Notes: generated by a model not told the origin, from the sequence alone. A stretch of DNA of 64,000 bases from an uncultured Campylobacter sp. (GCF_937997535.1 NZ_CALKTT010000093.1:46604-110603), one strand, 5' to 3'. Shown: positions 50,133 to 59,827, numbered from the stretch's first letter. Made by a program: numbers and translations.

Positions 50133-50794
50133 CTAGATATATTTGTAGCCAAGCTTGGAGGCGTTTATGATGCGATCTTTGCCTAAAATTTTTCGCAGCT
50201 CCGCGATATAAACGCGCAGGCTAAGCTCGCTCGGACTCTCGTCGTAGTCCCATAGCGCGGCGAAAATTTCATCTTTGCTAAGGAATTTATCGCGGTTTTT
50301 AGAAGCAGAGCAAGAAGCCGCGCCTGCTTCTGCGGCATCGGCACGGCTCTTCCGTCGCGATAAAGCGTGTGCTGAGCCATATCGAAGCTAAAACCTCCGC
50401 CGATATTTTCGCGCAGGGCGGCGTTGTGGACGAAGGTGCGCTTTAGTAGATTATCCGCGCGCAGAGCCAGCTCTTTTAGCTCGAAGGGCTTTTTGAGGTA
50501 GTCGTCGCAGCCGCCTCTAAAGCCGCTTTCGACGTCTTGCAGAGTGTTTAGCGACGTCGTGAAAATGCACGGTGCGCCGCGCCCGGCCTCGCGCAGCTCG
50601 CGAAGTAGCGCAAAGCCGTTGCCGCCGATGATTTTGACGTCGAAGATCCACAGATCGAAGCTCTTTTCGTATGCTAATGAAAGCGCCTCGTCGTAGCTTT
50701 TACTGCCGCTTACCTCGTGCCCCGCGCCGCGCATATAGGTGCACATCATATCTAGCAGCATCCCCTCGTCCTCGACGATCAAAACCCTTGCCAT
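50133..50794 (-). pseudogene. OmpR-family response regulator, frameshifted inside the DNA-binding domain
   Basis: Receiver domain is intact (VLIVEDE, IFDVKI, LKKPF). After ..ARLLALLLK the ORF (50183..50794) leaves the family frame. The frame given by one extra A reads NRDKFLSKDEIFAALWDYDESPSELSLRVYIAELRKILGKDRIINASKLGYKYI. Confidence 0.7.
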
Positions 50795-51254
50795 AGCCCG
50801 CCTCCTTGCGTAGAATTTTTGAAATTATACCTGTGAAATTCCACGTAAAATTTAATTGCAAAATTTCGCAGCAAAATTTTATCGTGGCGAAAACGGCGCG
50901 TCTTGGCTCTAAGGCACGCTTCGTAAATTTAGATTGCTCGCCTGGTAATTAATTTACGCAGTGAGCAAAGCGGCGCAAGAGGCTAAAATTTTACGATATA
51001 AAATTTTCGCGCCGCATAAATTTCAAGCTAAAATTCTAAAATTCTCGCACCGTATTTCGATAAAATAAAATTCTGCGCAAGTGCTGCGCGGAACTACGTA
51101 GCTTGCGCGCGGGCAGCTATTGCTGCGTCATAGGACACGGAGCGGCGCCCGCGTTTTGATTGCACGGCATCTCGCCTCTTGGCGGCATTGCCAGACCCGC
51201 GCCGCCGCCCATTCCTTTATGCGGCATATGGCCGCATTCGCCGGGAGCCACCTG

Positions 51255-51650
51255 CTATCTATGCGGACCAAACCCGTGAGCGGGCCTTTTAAATTTGCCG
51301 AAATTGCCGCGGTCTTTAAGCTCGATATCCAGCCTATCCGCCTGCTCAACGCTTAGCTTGCCCGCCTGGGCGTTATAGTTTTTTCTAAACTCGTCTAGGA
51401 ATTTCTCGCGATCCTCGACGCTCATAGCGTCCAGCTTCTTTTTAAACTCCGTCTTAAATCCGCGCTTGAGATCCCTTGCCTGCGCTCTTAGCTCGCCCGC
51501 GCGCTTATCGATCTCAAACGCCGCTTCGCTTAAGCTCTTGGCGTCCGCGCCGGCGACTGCGGCATTGATCTGCTCGGGGCTGCTTGAGCTAAAATCTGCG
51601 GCGAACAGCACGCCCGCGACTAAAACGCTTGCTAAAACAATCTTTTTCAT
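51255..51650 (-). CDS. periplasmic helical protein (possibly DUF1104-like)
   Basis: AGGAGAGAG RBS, signal peptide MKKIVLASVLVAGVLFA, charged helical body. Family assignment is tentative. Confidence 0.6.
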   Translation of the reverse strand: MKKIVLASVLVAGVLFAADFSSSSPEQINAAVAGADAKSLSEAAFEIDKRAGELRAQARDLKRGFKTEFKKKLDAMSVEDREKFLDEFRKNYNAQAGKLSVEQADRLDIELKDRGNFGKFKRPAHGFGPHR

Positions 51651-52041
51651 TCTCTCTCCTTTGTGAAAGTTAGCGTGATTGTAGGAAAAAGTCGTGAAGA
51701 AAAAGTTAAATGAAGCTCGCGCTGCCAAAATAGCTCGGCGCCGTAAATTTAGAACTTTGATTAAATTTGGAAAATTTTGCGATGCTGCTGCGGCAAAAAC
51801 AGAGCGTAATGCGCGCAAACGGAGTTAAAATTTTAAAATTTAAGCGGGAGAGGGGTGCTGCGCGTAAATTTAACATAAATTTTGCGCTGCATAGATTATA
51901 TTAAAGCCCGCCATGCGTAAATTTAACGACAAAGCGGGCGTATCTCGGCGCTGCGAACGGCGAAATTTCATCGCGTAAATTTAACCGCAGAGCGGACATA
52001 CTTAGAGATTGCGGATGATTAAATTTCATCCGCAACGAGGC

Positions 52042-52587
52042 TTATTTTATAACGCCGCAGACCATTCTAGCGCCGCCGCCGCCGAGCGGTTTCGGATGAT
52101 CGCTGTGGTTATCGCCGCCTACGTGAACCATCAGCGAGTGGCCCTTTAGCTCATCTAAGCTCTTGATCTTCGGAGCCAGCACCGGATAGACCGCATTGCC
52201 CTCAGCATCGACGAAAAGTGCAGGCAGATCGCCCTTGTGGCCGCTATCGTCCCAAGCAAACGAGTGCTTTTTGGTATCGCTCGGATCCCAGTGACCGCCA
52301 GCTTTCATGCCTAAGCCCTTCTCGGTAGCGCCGCAGTCAGCGTTTTGATGCACGTGAAAGCCGTGCACGCCGCTAGCAAGACCCTTTAAATTTGGAAAGA
52401 ACGCCACGCCGTAGTTCGTCTCGACCGCTACGACCTCGCCGACGGTTACGTTGCCCTTCTCGCCCAGCTGCTCCATAGTGATGACGAGGTGCTTGCCAGA
52501 CTTAGGGTCGAAATTTTGCATATCGCCGTGTTCGTGAGCGATCAAGGCGCTTGCGACTAAAATTGATGAAATTAGAAATTTCTTCAT
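52042..52587 (-). CDS. sodC: periplasmic Cu/Zn superoxide dismutase
   Basis: Signal peptide and Cu/Zn-SOD signatures: [29 protein letters not shown]. Confidence 0.93.
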   Translation of the reverse strand: MKKFLISSILVASALIAHEHGDMQNFDPKSGKHLVITMEQLGEKGNVTVGEVVAVETNYGVAFFPNLKGLASGVHGFHVHQNADCGATEKGLGMKAGGHWDPSDTKKHSFAWDDSGHKGDLPALFVDAEGNAVYPVLAPKIKSLDELKGHSLMVHVGGDNHSDHPKPLGGGGARMVCGVIK

Positions 52588-52652
52588 GAAAAATCCTTTA
52601 AAGTAAAATGCGAGTGCAATTTTATCCAAAAATACTTAAAAAATAATTTTTC

Positions 52653-53321
52653 TTATTTAGATAAATTTTGCTTTTTATCTAAAAGGCTTATCGCGAAGAA
52701 TAAGATCAAGCTGAAAATTACGAGCAAAACGCTTAAAATCAGCGCCCGCTCGTTCTCTCCGTCATACACGGCGCCCATGATCGCAAGGCCTAACGTGTCG
52801 GTTTTGCCCACGATGTTTCCGCCCAACATCAGCGTGATACCCACTTCGCCAAGCCCGCGCGAGAGCGCTAAAATAAGCGCGGAGCCGAGTGTTTTAAGCG
52901 AGCTTGGAAGGATTACGAAGAGGAAAATTTGAGCTCTGTTTTTGCCCAAAATTTGCGCGGCTTCGATTAGGCTCTTCGGAAAGAGCTCAAAGCTCGCACA
53001 CACGGGCTTTACAAACAGCGGCAGCCCCACCAAAAATGCGGCGATTACCAATGAAGAAAAGTTAAAAACGATGTCTAAATTTAACGCAGAACCGATAAAT
53101 CCGCTCTTTCCGAAGATGTAAAGAAGCAGAAATCCCGTCGCGATCGGCGGGAAGATGAGCGGAAAAATTACCAAAATTTCGACGATCTTTTTAAATTTGG
53201 CTTTGCTGAAAGCCAAAAAATACGCAATTGCCAGCCCTATTGAAATCAGCAGCAAAAAGCTGCAAAATAGGGCTTTGACGCTTAGAAGCAAAGGATGCGC
53301 GATCCAAGCTATGTCGCTCAT
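52653..53321 (-). CDS. modB: molybdate ABC transporter permease
   Basis: Multi-TM protein with EAA loop (LIEAAQILGKNRAQIF). Overlaps the modA stop. Confidence 0.85.
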   Translation of the reverse strand: MSDIAWIAHPLLLSVKALFCSFLLLISIGLAIAYFLAFSKAKFKKIVEILVIFPLIFPPIATGFLLLYIFGKSGFIGSALNLDIVFNFSSLVIAAFLVGLPLFVKPVCASFELFPKSLIEAAQILGKNRAQIFLFVILPSSLKTLGSALILALSRGLGEVGITLMLGGNIVGKTDTLGLAIMGAVYDGENERALILSVLLVIFSLILFFAISLLDKKQNLSK

Positions 53322-54019
53322 TTAAGGCCGAATTTTGAAAAAATCTCTTTTGAGCGATCCGATTGAAATTCCTTCATCACCTTTTCGCAAAGCGCCTGCT
53401 CGCTGCACGCGCTTAGTCTTGCAATGCCGATATATGCGGGGCTGTAGAGGCTCTCGTCGATGTAGATTATCGAGCCGAACTCATCTTTTTTGGCGACCGC
53501 TTCGGTGCTGTTGATAAAGCCTGCTTGCACCTCGCCGTTGATGACGTATGCGACCACCTGCGGCACGCCCGCGACGGCTAAAATTTTATCTTTTACCCCA
53601 TCCATCTTGGCGTTTTGTAAAAACTCGTTCGTTCTGATACCGTAAATCGCCTTTTTAGGATCTGGCATCGCGATTTTATCGAACTTTGCGATCCCCGATA
53701 CGCCCTGTATTTTGATATTTTTCGGCGTTACTAAAACTAGTGTGCCGCGGCCGATACGCTCAAATTTAGTGATATTTAGATCGCTTTTTTTCAAAAACGC
53801 CTCGTCGCCCACGATGAATGAAATTTTATTCTCGCGCGATTGAATGACGAGCTGGCCGAGGTTGGCAAACGATCCCGCCACGTCCATGCCCTCTTTTTTC
53901 AAATTTTCGATCACGGCCGAGACGGGCTTTTTGTATCCGCCGCCGGCCGCGATTATCAGCTGATCCGCGCAAAACGAAACGCTTGCCGTAAGCGCTAAAA
54001 TAAAAGCAATTTTTTTCAT
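53318..54019 (-). CDS. modA: molybdate/tungstate-binding periplasmic protein
   Basis: Signal peptide plus ModA-like sequence (IIAAGGGYKKP.., GDEAF.., IAMPDPKKAIYG). Confidence 0.8.
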   Translation of the reverse strand: MKKIAFILALTASVSFCADQLIIAAGGGYKKPVSAVIENLKKEGMDVAGSFANLGQLVIQSRENKISFIVGDEAFLKKSDLNITKFERIGRGTLVLVTPKNIKIQGVSGIAKFDKIAMPDPKKAIYGIRTNEFLQNAKMDGVKDKILAVAGVPQVVAYVINGEVQAGFINSTEAVAKKDEFGSIIYIDESLYSPAYIGIARLSACSEQALCEKVMKEFQSDRSKEIFSKFGLK

Positions 54020-54136
54020 GAAAATCCTTTTTTTTGAAATTTTAAGAATTTTACAAAATATACTCTTATTTATTAATAAATCGCGTTTTTATGCCCTGTT
54101 TTAGACTTTTATGTCTTAAAATTTAAAATTTAATAT

Positions 54137-54988
54137 TTAGATAAGCTCTATCTTTCCGCCCAGATCGCACGCGCCCTGATTCCAAACCGCCGAGCTTACG
54201 AGCACGTCCGCGCCGGTAGCCGCAAACTCTGCGCAGTTATTTTTATTTATACCGCCAGCGGCGCAAATTTTAATCTGCGGCGCCGTCTCATCTCGTCTCA
54301 AAACGCAGGCTCTAAGCTCGCCAGCGCTCATCTTATCGCACATTATCGCATCCGGTGCATAACCTAAAAGCTCGCTAAATTCGCGCTCACTCGCCACTTC
54401 GATCATTATCTTTCGCTCGGGCGCGCGCTCTTTAAATTTAGCGATCTGCGCGCAAAACTCGCTAAAACTCGCAAACGCGCGGATATGGTTTGAAAAAAAC
54501 AAGATGCTGTCGTGCAGCCCCAGGCGGTGCATGCTCCCGCCGCCCGCAATCAGCGCATTTACGCAAAGCTCCTTCGCAAAAGGAAGGCTCTTGCGCGTCG
54601 CACCCAGCACGCAGCGCGGATTCGCCTCTCGCATCAGCGCAACCATCTCGTGTGCGTAAGTAGAAATTTTGCAGGAGTACTCAAACACGATCTGAACGAT
54701 CTTCCAAGCCTTATGGAGGCTCTCGAAGCTCCCTCGCGCGCTAAAAATTTCATCCCCTGCGCTAAATGCGCTTCCCTCGCGCGCTAGATGCTGCGTCTCG
54801 CAACCAAAGCGCGCCGCTACTTCGCGCGCTATTCCTCCGCCGCTAAAGATCAGATCCTGCCTCGTTACGATCGAAAGCCGCGCGGGCGCGTTTAAATCCA
54901 CGAAGTCCTGTAAAAGCTCGGTCGTAAGGTCCAAAAACGCGCCGTCGCTAGCGATTAGATCGTCGATTTTACTCTGTGAAATAAACAT
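54137..54988 (-). CDS. modD: NadC/ModD-family phosphoribosyltransferase, likely ModD
   Basis: Quinolinate-PRTase-like fold (..ATRKSLPF.., GGGSMHRLGL..). Location beside modAB favours ModD over NadC. Confidence 0.65.
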   Translation of the reverse strand: MFISQSKIDDLIASDGAFLDLTTELLQDFVDLNAPARLSIVTRQDLIFSGGGIAREVAARFGCETQHLAREGSAFSAGDEIFSARGSFESLHKAWKIVQIVFEYSCKISTYAHEMVALMREANPRCVLGATRKSLPFAKELCVNALIAGGGSMHRLGLHDSILFFSNHIRAFASFSEFCAQIAKFKERAPERKIMIEVASEREFSELLGYAPDAIMCDKMSAGELRACVLRRDETAPQIKICAAGGINKNNCAEFAATGADVLVSSAVWNQGACDLGGKIELI

Positions 54989-54990
54989 AT

Positions 54991-55488
54991 CTAGCCTACG
55001 AAGTGAATTTTAGCGGGCTCAAAACGTGAATGCGCCTTTGTGACGCGAGACGGAAAGCCCAAAGGCATAATGCAAAACGCCTCTAAATGCCCAGGCAGAT
55101 CCAAAATTTCTCTTACGCGCTCCATCGCGTAAATATCGGGCGCTACGCCCAGCCACGTGGTGCCAAGCCCCAAATGGTGCGCCGCCAGCCAAAGATTTTC
55201 TGCCGCACAAGCGCAGTCGTAGCGAGCGTAGGGCTGGAATTTTAAGCCGCTTTTGCGCGTGCAGACCACGATCGCAAGCGGCGCATCTTTCGTGCAGCCG
55301 CCGTAGGTGCCGACGCTGCTAAGTAGCGTAAGCGTGGTGCGGTCGCGTACTACGTAAAATTCCCATGAGCGCTGGTTGCCCGCACTAGGGGCTTGCATCG
55401 CGGCTTTTAGCACAAGCTCGATCTGATCGTCGCTCGGCATTTTTCCGGTAAAATTCCGCACGCTCGTGCGTGTAAAAATTTCATTCAT
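54991..55488 (-). CDS. nitroreductase-family protein
   Basis: RTSVRNF..., AAMQAPSAGNQRSWEF, typical nitroreductase fold signatures. Confidence 0.85.
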   Translation of the reverse strand: MNEIFTRTSVRNFTGKMPSDDQIELVLKAAMQAPSAGNQRSWEFYVVRDRTTLTLLSSVGTYGGCTKDAPLAIVVCTRKSGLKFQPYARYDCACAAENLWLAAHHLGLGTTWLGVAPDIYAMERVREILDLPGHLEAFCIMPLGFPSRVTKAHSRFEPAKIHFVG

Positions 55489-55499
55489 CGCTGCTCCTT

Positions 55500-56160
55500 T
55501 AAATTAAATTTCTAAATTCCGCTTTTTGCGAGCGGTAAAAAATGGAATTTAGAAGTAAGCTTGCCGCTGCGTTTGCTTGAGCCCTGCTTACACTTTACGC
55601 TTAGTCGCTACGCGGCGACCGATGCGCGCTAATTTGGTTTTGCTTGCCTGAGCGCGCCTTTTCTTGCATCAAAAAGCGCAAAGTCGCGATAAAATTTCAA
55701 ATCGCGCTGCTATGAAAATTCGCCGCAAAGAACATTTGCGTAAACTTGGCTTGCTTAAATTTCGCTCACGAGCAAGCTTGCGATCCGCCTATTTAGATTT
55801 TTAATCCTAGGCTTGCTATATGCGCTTGTTAAAACTGCGCGCCGTATACATTGACCTACGTGCGTAGCTTGCGTGGTCCTTAAATTTCATCTCGCGCCGA
55901 GCCTGTGCTGGTCTTTGCGGATAAAATTTTATCCTTCGCAGCAATGAAATTTCACCTTTGCGCCGAGTAAATTTTATCTTCGTCGCTAGGTAAAATTCCG
56001 CTTTCGCCGCTTTTGAATTTTAACCGCATGCGCGTCCGCAAAGCACTTGCCGCGCCGTACCGCATACAAAGCGCGCTCAGATCAAAAGCTCAAAATATCT
56101 AAAATTTAACCTCAAAGCCCGATTAGCCGGAGCCGCACGCCGAAACGCTATGAAATTTAA
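55500..56160. repeat. AAATT-box array
   Basis: ORF-free 0.66 kb with repeated units such as ataaaattttatccttcgc, atgaaatttcacctttgcgc, gtaaattttatcttcgtcgc. Confidence 0.6.
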
Positions 56161-56163
56161 GCG

Positions 56164-56832
56164 TTAAACCTGCTCGCCTATCAGCCTGCGCACGACGTAG
56201 CTTGCGATGAAAAGCCCGAAGCTCGCGGTCACGCCCATGAAGCTACCCATCGATTTGACGCGCGGCGGCTCGCTCGAGCAGACGACGTCAAAATCGCCCG
56301 CAAAGCCGCGCTTTCGCAGCTCATATCTGATCTTGCGCGCGAGCGGATCGCCTTGCGTCTGCCAGATTGATCGGATTTTGATTTTAGCGGGATCGAGCCT
56401 CTTTGCGCTGCCCATCGAGCTTATGAAGCCCGCGCCCGCCTCGCTGCAGCGTAGCGCAAGAGCGATCTTGGCGCTCACGTCGTCTATCGCGTCGATTACG
56501 AAATCAAATTTGCCGAGGTCGAATTCCGACAAAAATTCCTCATCGATCCTGGCGGCGATCGGCGTCACGCCTTTAAATTTGCGCGCGAAAACCTCGCATT
56601 TTAGCTCGCCTACGTGTTCGCTTCCAAGCTGGCGGTTTTGATTGGTTATCTCGAAGCGATCGCAATCGATCACGCTTAGATTCACCGCGCCGCTGCGGTA
56701 CAGCGCCTCTATCGCCGCTCCGCCCACGCCGCCGCAGCCGCAGATTAAAATTTTAGCGCTTTGCAGCCTTGCAAAATCCTCGCCGAAAAGCAGGCGCGAG
56801 CGCGAAAAGCGGTCTACTACGACCTCACTCAT
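56164..56832 (-). CDS. tcdA: ThiF/MoeB/HesA-family enzyme, TcdA-like tRNA t6A dehydratase
   Basis: ILICGCGGVGG nucleotide-binding loop. The ~220-aa size and sequence fit TcdA/CsdL. Confidence 0.75.
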   Translation of the reverse strand: MSEVVVDRFSRSRLLFGEDFARLQSAKILICGCGGVGGAAIEALYRSGAVNLSVIDCDRFEITNQNRQLGSEHVGELKCEVFARKFKGVTPIAARIDEEFLSEFDLGKFDFVIDAIDDVSAKIALALRCSEAGAGFISSMGSAKRLDPAKIKIRSIWQTQGDPLARKIRYELRKRGFAGDFDVVCSSEPPRVKSMGSFMGVTASFGLFIASYVVRRLIGEQV

Positions 56833-57604
56833 CGTTTTTCATCCACCTTTCTAGCGCGCTCATCTGCTCGTGCGCGGTTAAATTTAGCTTGATCGGACTT
56901 AATGTCGCTCGCCCCTCAAACAGCACCGAAATATCGCTGTTTTCGTTCCTGCTCGCATCAAAACTGAGCGTAGATTTGCCGAGCCAATAATACTCTATTC
57001 CGCGCGGATTGCGGTTTAGCTGCGCGTCGGTATCGTAGAGCTTCTCGCCGCAGGGCGCAACCGAAAGCCCCTTAAAATCCTGCTTTGAGACGGCAGGGAC
57101 GTTTAAATTTAAAAACTGCTTCGGCGGCAGAGGAAAGCCTTTTTTAAAGATTTTCTCGACCAATTCCACCGCGAGCTCGCACGCTAGATCAAATCCGTAT
57201 CGCTGCAGCGAGTCCGCGACGTAAAACTGGCTCACCGCAAGCGCAGGAATGCCTTGTAAAACCCCCTCCATCGCGCCTCCGCACGTGCCCGAATAGGTCA
57301 CGTCCTCCGCGACGTTGGCGCCGTGATTTATGCCGCTTATCACCAGATCGGGCTTGTGGTTATACAGCGCGCGGAGTGCCAAATACACGCAGTCTGCGGG
57401 CGTAGCGTCATCTAGTTTGAAAAATCCGTCGTCAAGCTTGATAAATCTAAGCGGACGCGTAAGAGTGAGTGAGTGCGAGCAGGCCGATTTCTCCGAGCTC
57501 GGCGCTACGATAGTGACGTTTGCGACCCCTCTTAGCGCGCTTGCGAGCTCTAAAAGCCCGCGCGCTTCGAATCCGTCGTCGTTGGTGATTAAAATTTCTT
57601 TCAT
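56825..57604 (-). CDS. surE: 5'/3'-nucleotidase SurE
   Basis: MKEILITNDDGFEARG.., ISGINHGAN. Confidence 0.93.
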   Translation of the reverse strand: MKEILITNDDGFEARGLLELASALRGVANVTIVAPSSEKSACSHSLTLTRPLRFIKLDDGFFKLDDATPADCVYLALRALYNHKPDLVISGINHGANVAEDVTYSGTCGGAMEGVLQGIPALAVSQFYVADSLQRYGFDLACELAVELVEKIFKKGFPLPPKQFLNLNVPAVSKQDFKGLSVAPCGEKLYDTDAQLNRNPRGIEYYWLGKSTLSFDASRNENSDISVLFEGRATLSPIKLNLTAHEQMSALERWMKNDE

Positions 57605-57609
57605 ATTCT

Positions 57610-58020
57610 CTCTTTAGCTAAAATTTCATGACAGACCTATCAGAGCGGAATTCTGTCTGTAAAATTTTAGCGCTTAATTCTTTACTATGCAAAAATTGCT
57701 ATTTAGCTTGCGTGGCATAAAATTCCGTCGCGCCAAATTTTTCAATAAAATTCCATGCGAACTTAAATCGCAAAATTCATAGAAAAATTCCGCTTTTTTG
57801 CTACGAAATTTTATCTTTTTTCGCTACAAATTTTTATAGCTTTTTATAGCCTGCTACGTAATTTCATCGCCTAAATTTCGCTTTCGAAATTCCTTAAATT
57901 TGGTGGTCGCACTCCGCAACTCGCCGCAAAATTTGTCTTTTAAATTATCGTAAAATTTTACACCACGAAATTTTGCTTTCGCGCCGATGCAAATCCGCGG
58001 CATAAAATTACGCTAGACTT
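57610..58020. repeat. AAATT-box array
   Basis: ORF-free 0.4 kb with at least 15 (a)aaatt(t/c)(c/t) boxes. Confidence 0.6.
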
Positions 58021-58022
58021 AT

Positions 58023-58523
58023 CTATAACCCTGCTTTGCGGCATATCTCCTCGCTTACCTGCGAATCAAGTAGGTGCGAGCTTGGATAATCGTAGAAAAA
58101 TCGGTGCACTTCACGCACTCCGCTTCGCAATAAAGCTCGCGTACTAGGTGCGTTGCAGTCATTTTCGGTAATATCCTTGGCTAGCAATTTGAGATATTTT
58201 TGCCGATCGGAGTTTTTCAGGCTCGCCCAGCCGGGGCTTAGCGAGTAGGCATAGATCAGATCGCTTCCTTGTGCGCTAATTTCTTCGAGGAAGGCAAACT
58301 GCGCGACCTTAACGTGGGGCTTGGTGCCGCCTACGTCCGCTGCGATCTCGCTAGCTGCGGCTTTAGCGACGAGTGCGGGCGAGCCTAACTTACTAAGCGC
58401 CTCAAAACGCGCTGTTACTGCGGGATCCTCGGTGACTTGACGCTTTTGGTATTTAGCCGCGCCGCAACCGCCTAGCAACATCACGAACGCGCCGCATAGC
58501 GCTAAAATTTTAAAATTTCTCAT
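58023..58523 (-). CDS. hypothetical lipoprotein
   Basis: Signal peptide with lipobox LLGGC. No family recognised. Confidence 0.6.
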   Translation of the reverse strand: MRNFKILALCGAFVMLLGGCGAAKYQKRQVTEDPAVTARFEALSKLGSPALVAKAAASEIAADVGGTKPHVKVAQFAFLEEISAQGSDLIYAYSLSPGWASLKNSDRQKYLKLLAKDITENDCNAPSTRALLRSGVREVHRFFYDYPSSHLLDSQVSEEICRKAGL

Positions 58524-58591
58524 CTTAAATCCTTTGTCGGCTTAATTTTAGCACATTTTGCTATAATTAACAAAAATTTAAAAGGCTAAAT

Positions 58592-59779
58592 TTGAAATAT
58601 TTAATCTCTTGTCTAGAACCCTCTGCGAACCTGCATTTTAAAGAGGTTCTAGTGCATCTTAAAAGGCTCGATCCCGCTTGCGAGATTTGCGGAATTTTCG
58701 ATGAAAAGCTGGGTTCGCCGATATACAAAAGCAGCGAATTTTCGGCGATGGGCTTTATAGAAATTTTGCCGCTGATTTTAAAAGCCAAGCGCGCGATAGC
58801 ACAGATGATGCGGCTTGCGGCGGAGTGCGATCGCGTGCTTTTGATTGATTCGCCCGCGTTTAATCTGCCGCTTGCTCGCGCGATCAAAGAAAGCGGCGCG
58901 CGCGCGGAAATTTCATATTATATCCTGCCGCAGGTTTGGGCGTGGAAGCCGCGCAGAGCGGAGAAGCTGAAGGCGTTTTGCGACAATCTGCTCTCCATCT
59001 GGCCTTTTGAGGCGAAATTTTTCGGCACGGATTGCAAGGGAGATAAAGGCGCCGTGCCGCAAGAAGCGGAGAGCAAAGACTCTGCACTACAAGAAACAAA
59101 AGATAAAGACGCTGCGCCGAAAGAGGATGCCGCGCACCCAAGCAAGCAAAGCGCCAAAACCACAAAGTACTCTTTCGTGGGGCATCCGCTATTAGACGAG
59201 ATAACGCTGCGAAAGCAAAGCTACGAAAAGCAAGGCAAGATCGCCTTTATGCCGGGCTCGCGTAGGGCTGAAATTTCAAGGCTGATGCCGATTTTTAGAG
59301 CCCTTGCGCCTAAATTTGAAAATAGCAAGCGAGCTCTGATAATCCCGCCGCATCTGATGGATCAAAGAGATGAAATTTACGGGCCTCTGGACGGCTTTAG
59401 CATCGCAAACAATACTCCCGCCACGCTTAAGGATTGCGATTTTGCCTTTATCTGCTCGGGTACGGCGACGCTTGAGGCGGCGCTCATCGGCACTCCGTTC
59501 GTGCTGTGCTACAAGGCTCGCGCGTTTGACGTTTGGCTCGCGCGAAAGCTCGTAAAGCTAAAGCACGTGGGGCTTGCGAATATTATTTTTGATTTTTTGG
59601 GCGAGGAGCCTCTGCACGAGGAGCTTTTGCAATCCGAGGTAAGCGCGCAAAACCTACTCGCCGCATACGAGCGCTGCGACGCCGCTAAATTTAAACTTGC
59701 GAGCGAGAAGCTGCGAGATTATCTGAAATTCGGCTCCAGCGAAAACGTGGCAAAAATTTTAACGCAGCCTGCGAGCTAA
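58592..59779 (+). CDS. lpxB: lipid-A-disaccharide synthase with ~42-aa internal insertion
   Basis: GT19 signatures: CLEPSANLH, DSPAFNL, PQVWAWK, GSR..EI, CSGTATLEAAL. TTG start. Confidence 0.88.
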   Translation: MKYLISCLEPSANLHFKEVLVHLKRLDPACEICGIFDEKLGSPIYKSSEFSAMGFIEILPLILKAKRAIAQMMRLAAECDRVLLIDSPAFNLPLARAIKESGARAEISYYILPQVWAWKPRRAEKLKAFCDNLLSIWPFEAKFFGTDCKGDKGAVPQEAESKDSALQETKDKDAAPKEDAAHPSKQSAKTTKYSFVGHPLLDEITLRKQSYEKQGKIAFMPGSRRAEISRLMPIFRALAPKFENSKRALIIPPHLMDQRDEIYGPLDGFSIANNTPATLKDCDFAFICSGTATLEAALIGTPFVLCYKARAFDVWLARKLVKLKHVGLANIIFDFLGEEPLHEELLQSEVSAQNLLAAYERCDAAKFKLASEKLRDYLKFGSSENVAKILTQPAS

Positions 59780-59827
59780 AATTTTAAGGCTAAAGCTTAT
59801 ATAATTTGATAAAAAGAAAGGAAGATT

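Noticed and set aside
51128-51356. 73-aa and 78-aa ORFs downstream of the periplasmic protein gene
   Set aside because: They are in the wrong frames relative to the Met/His-rich in-frame continuation and have no start context. Only the in-frame read-through possibility was kept as a finding.
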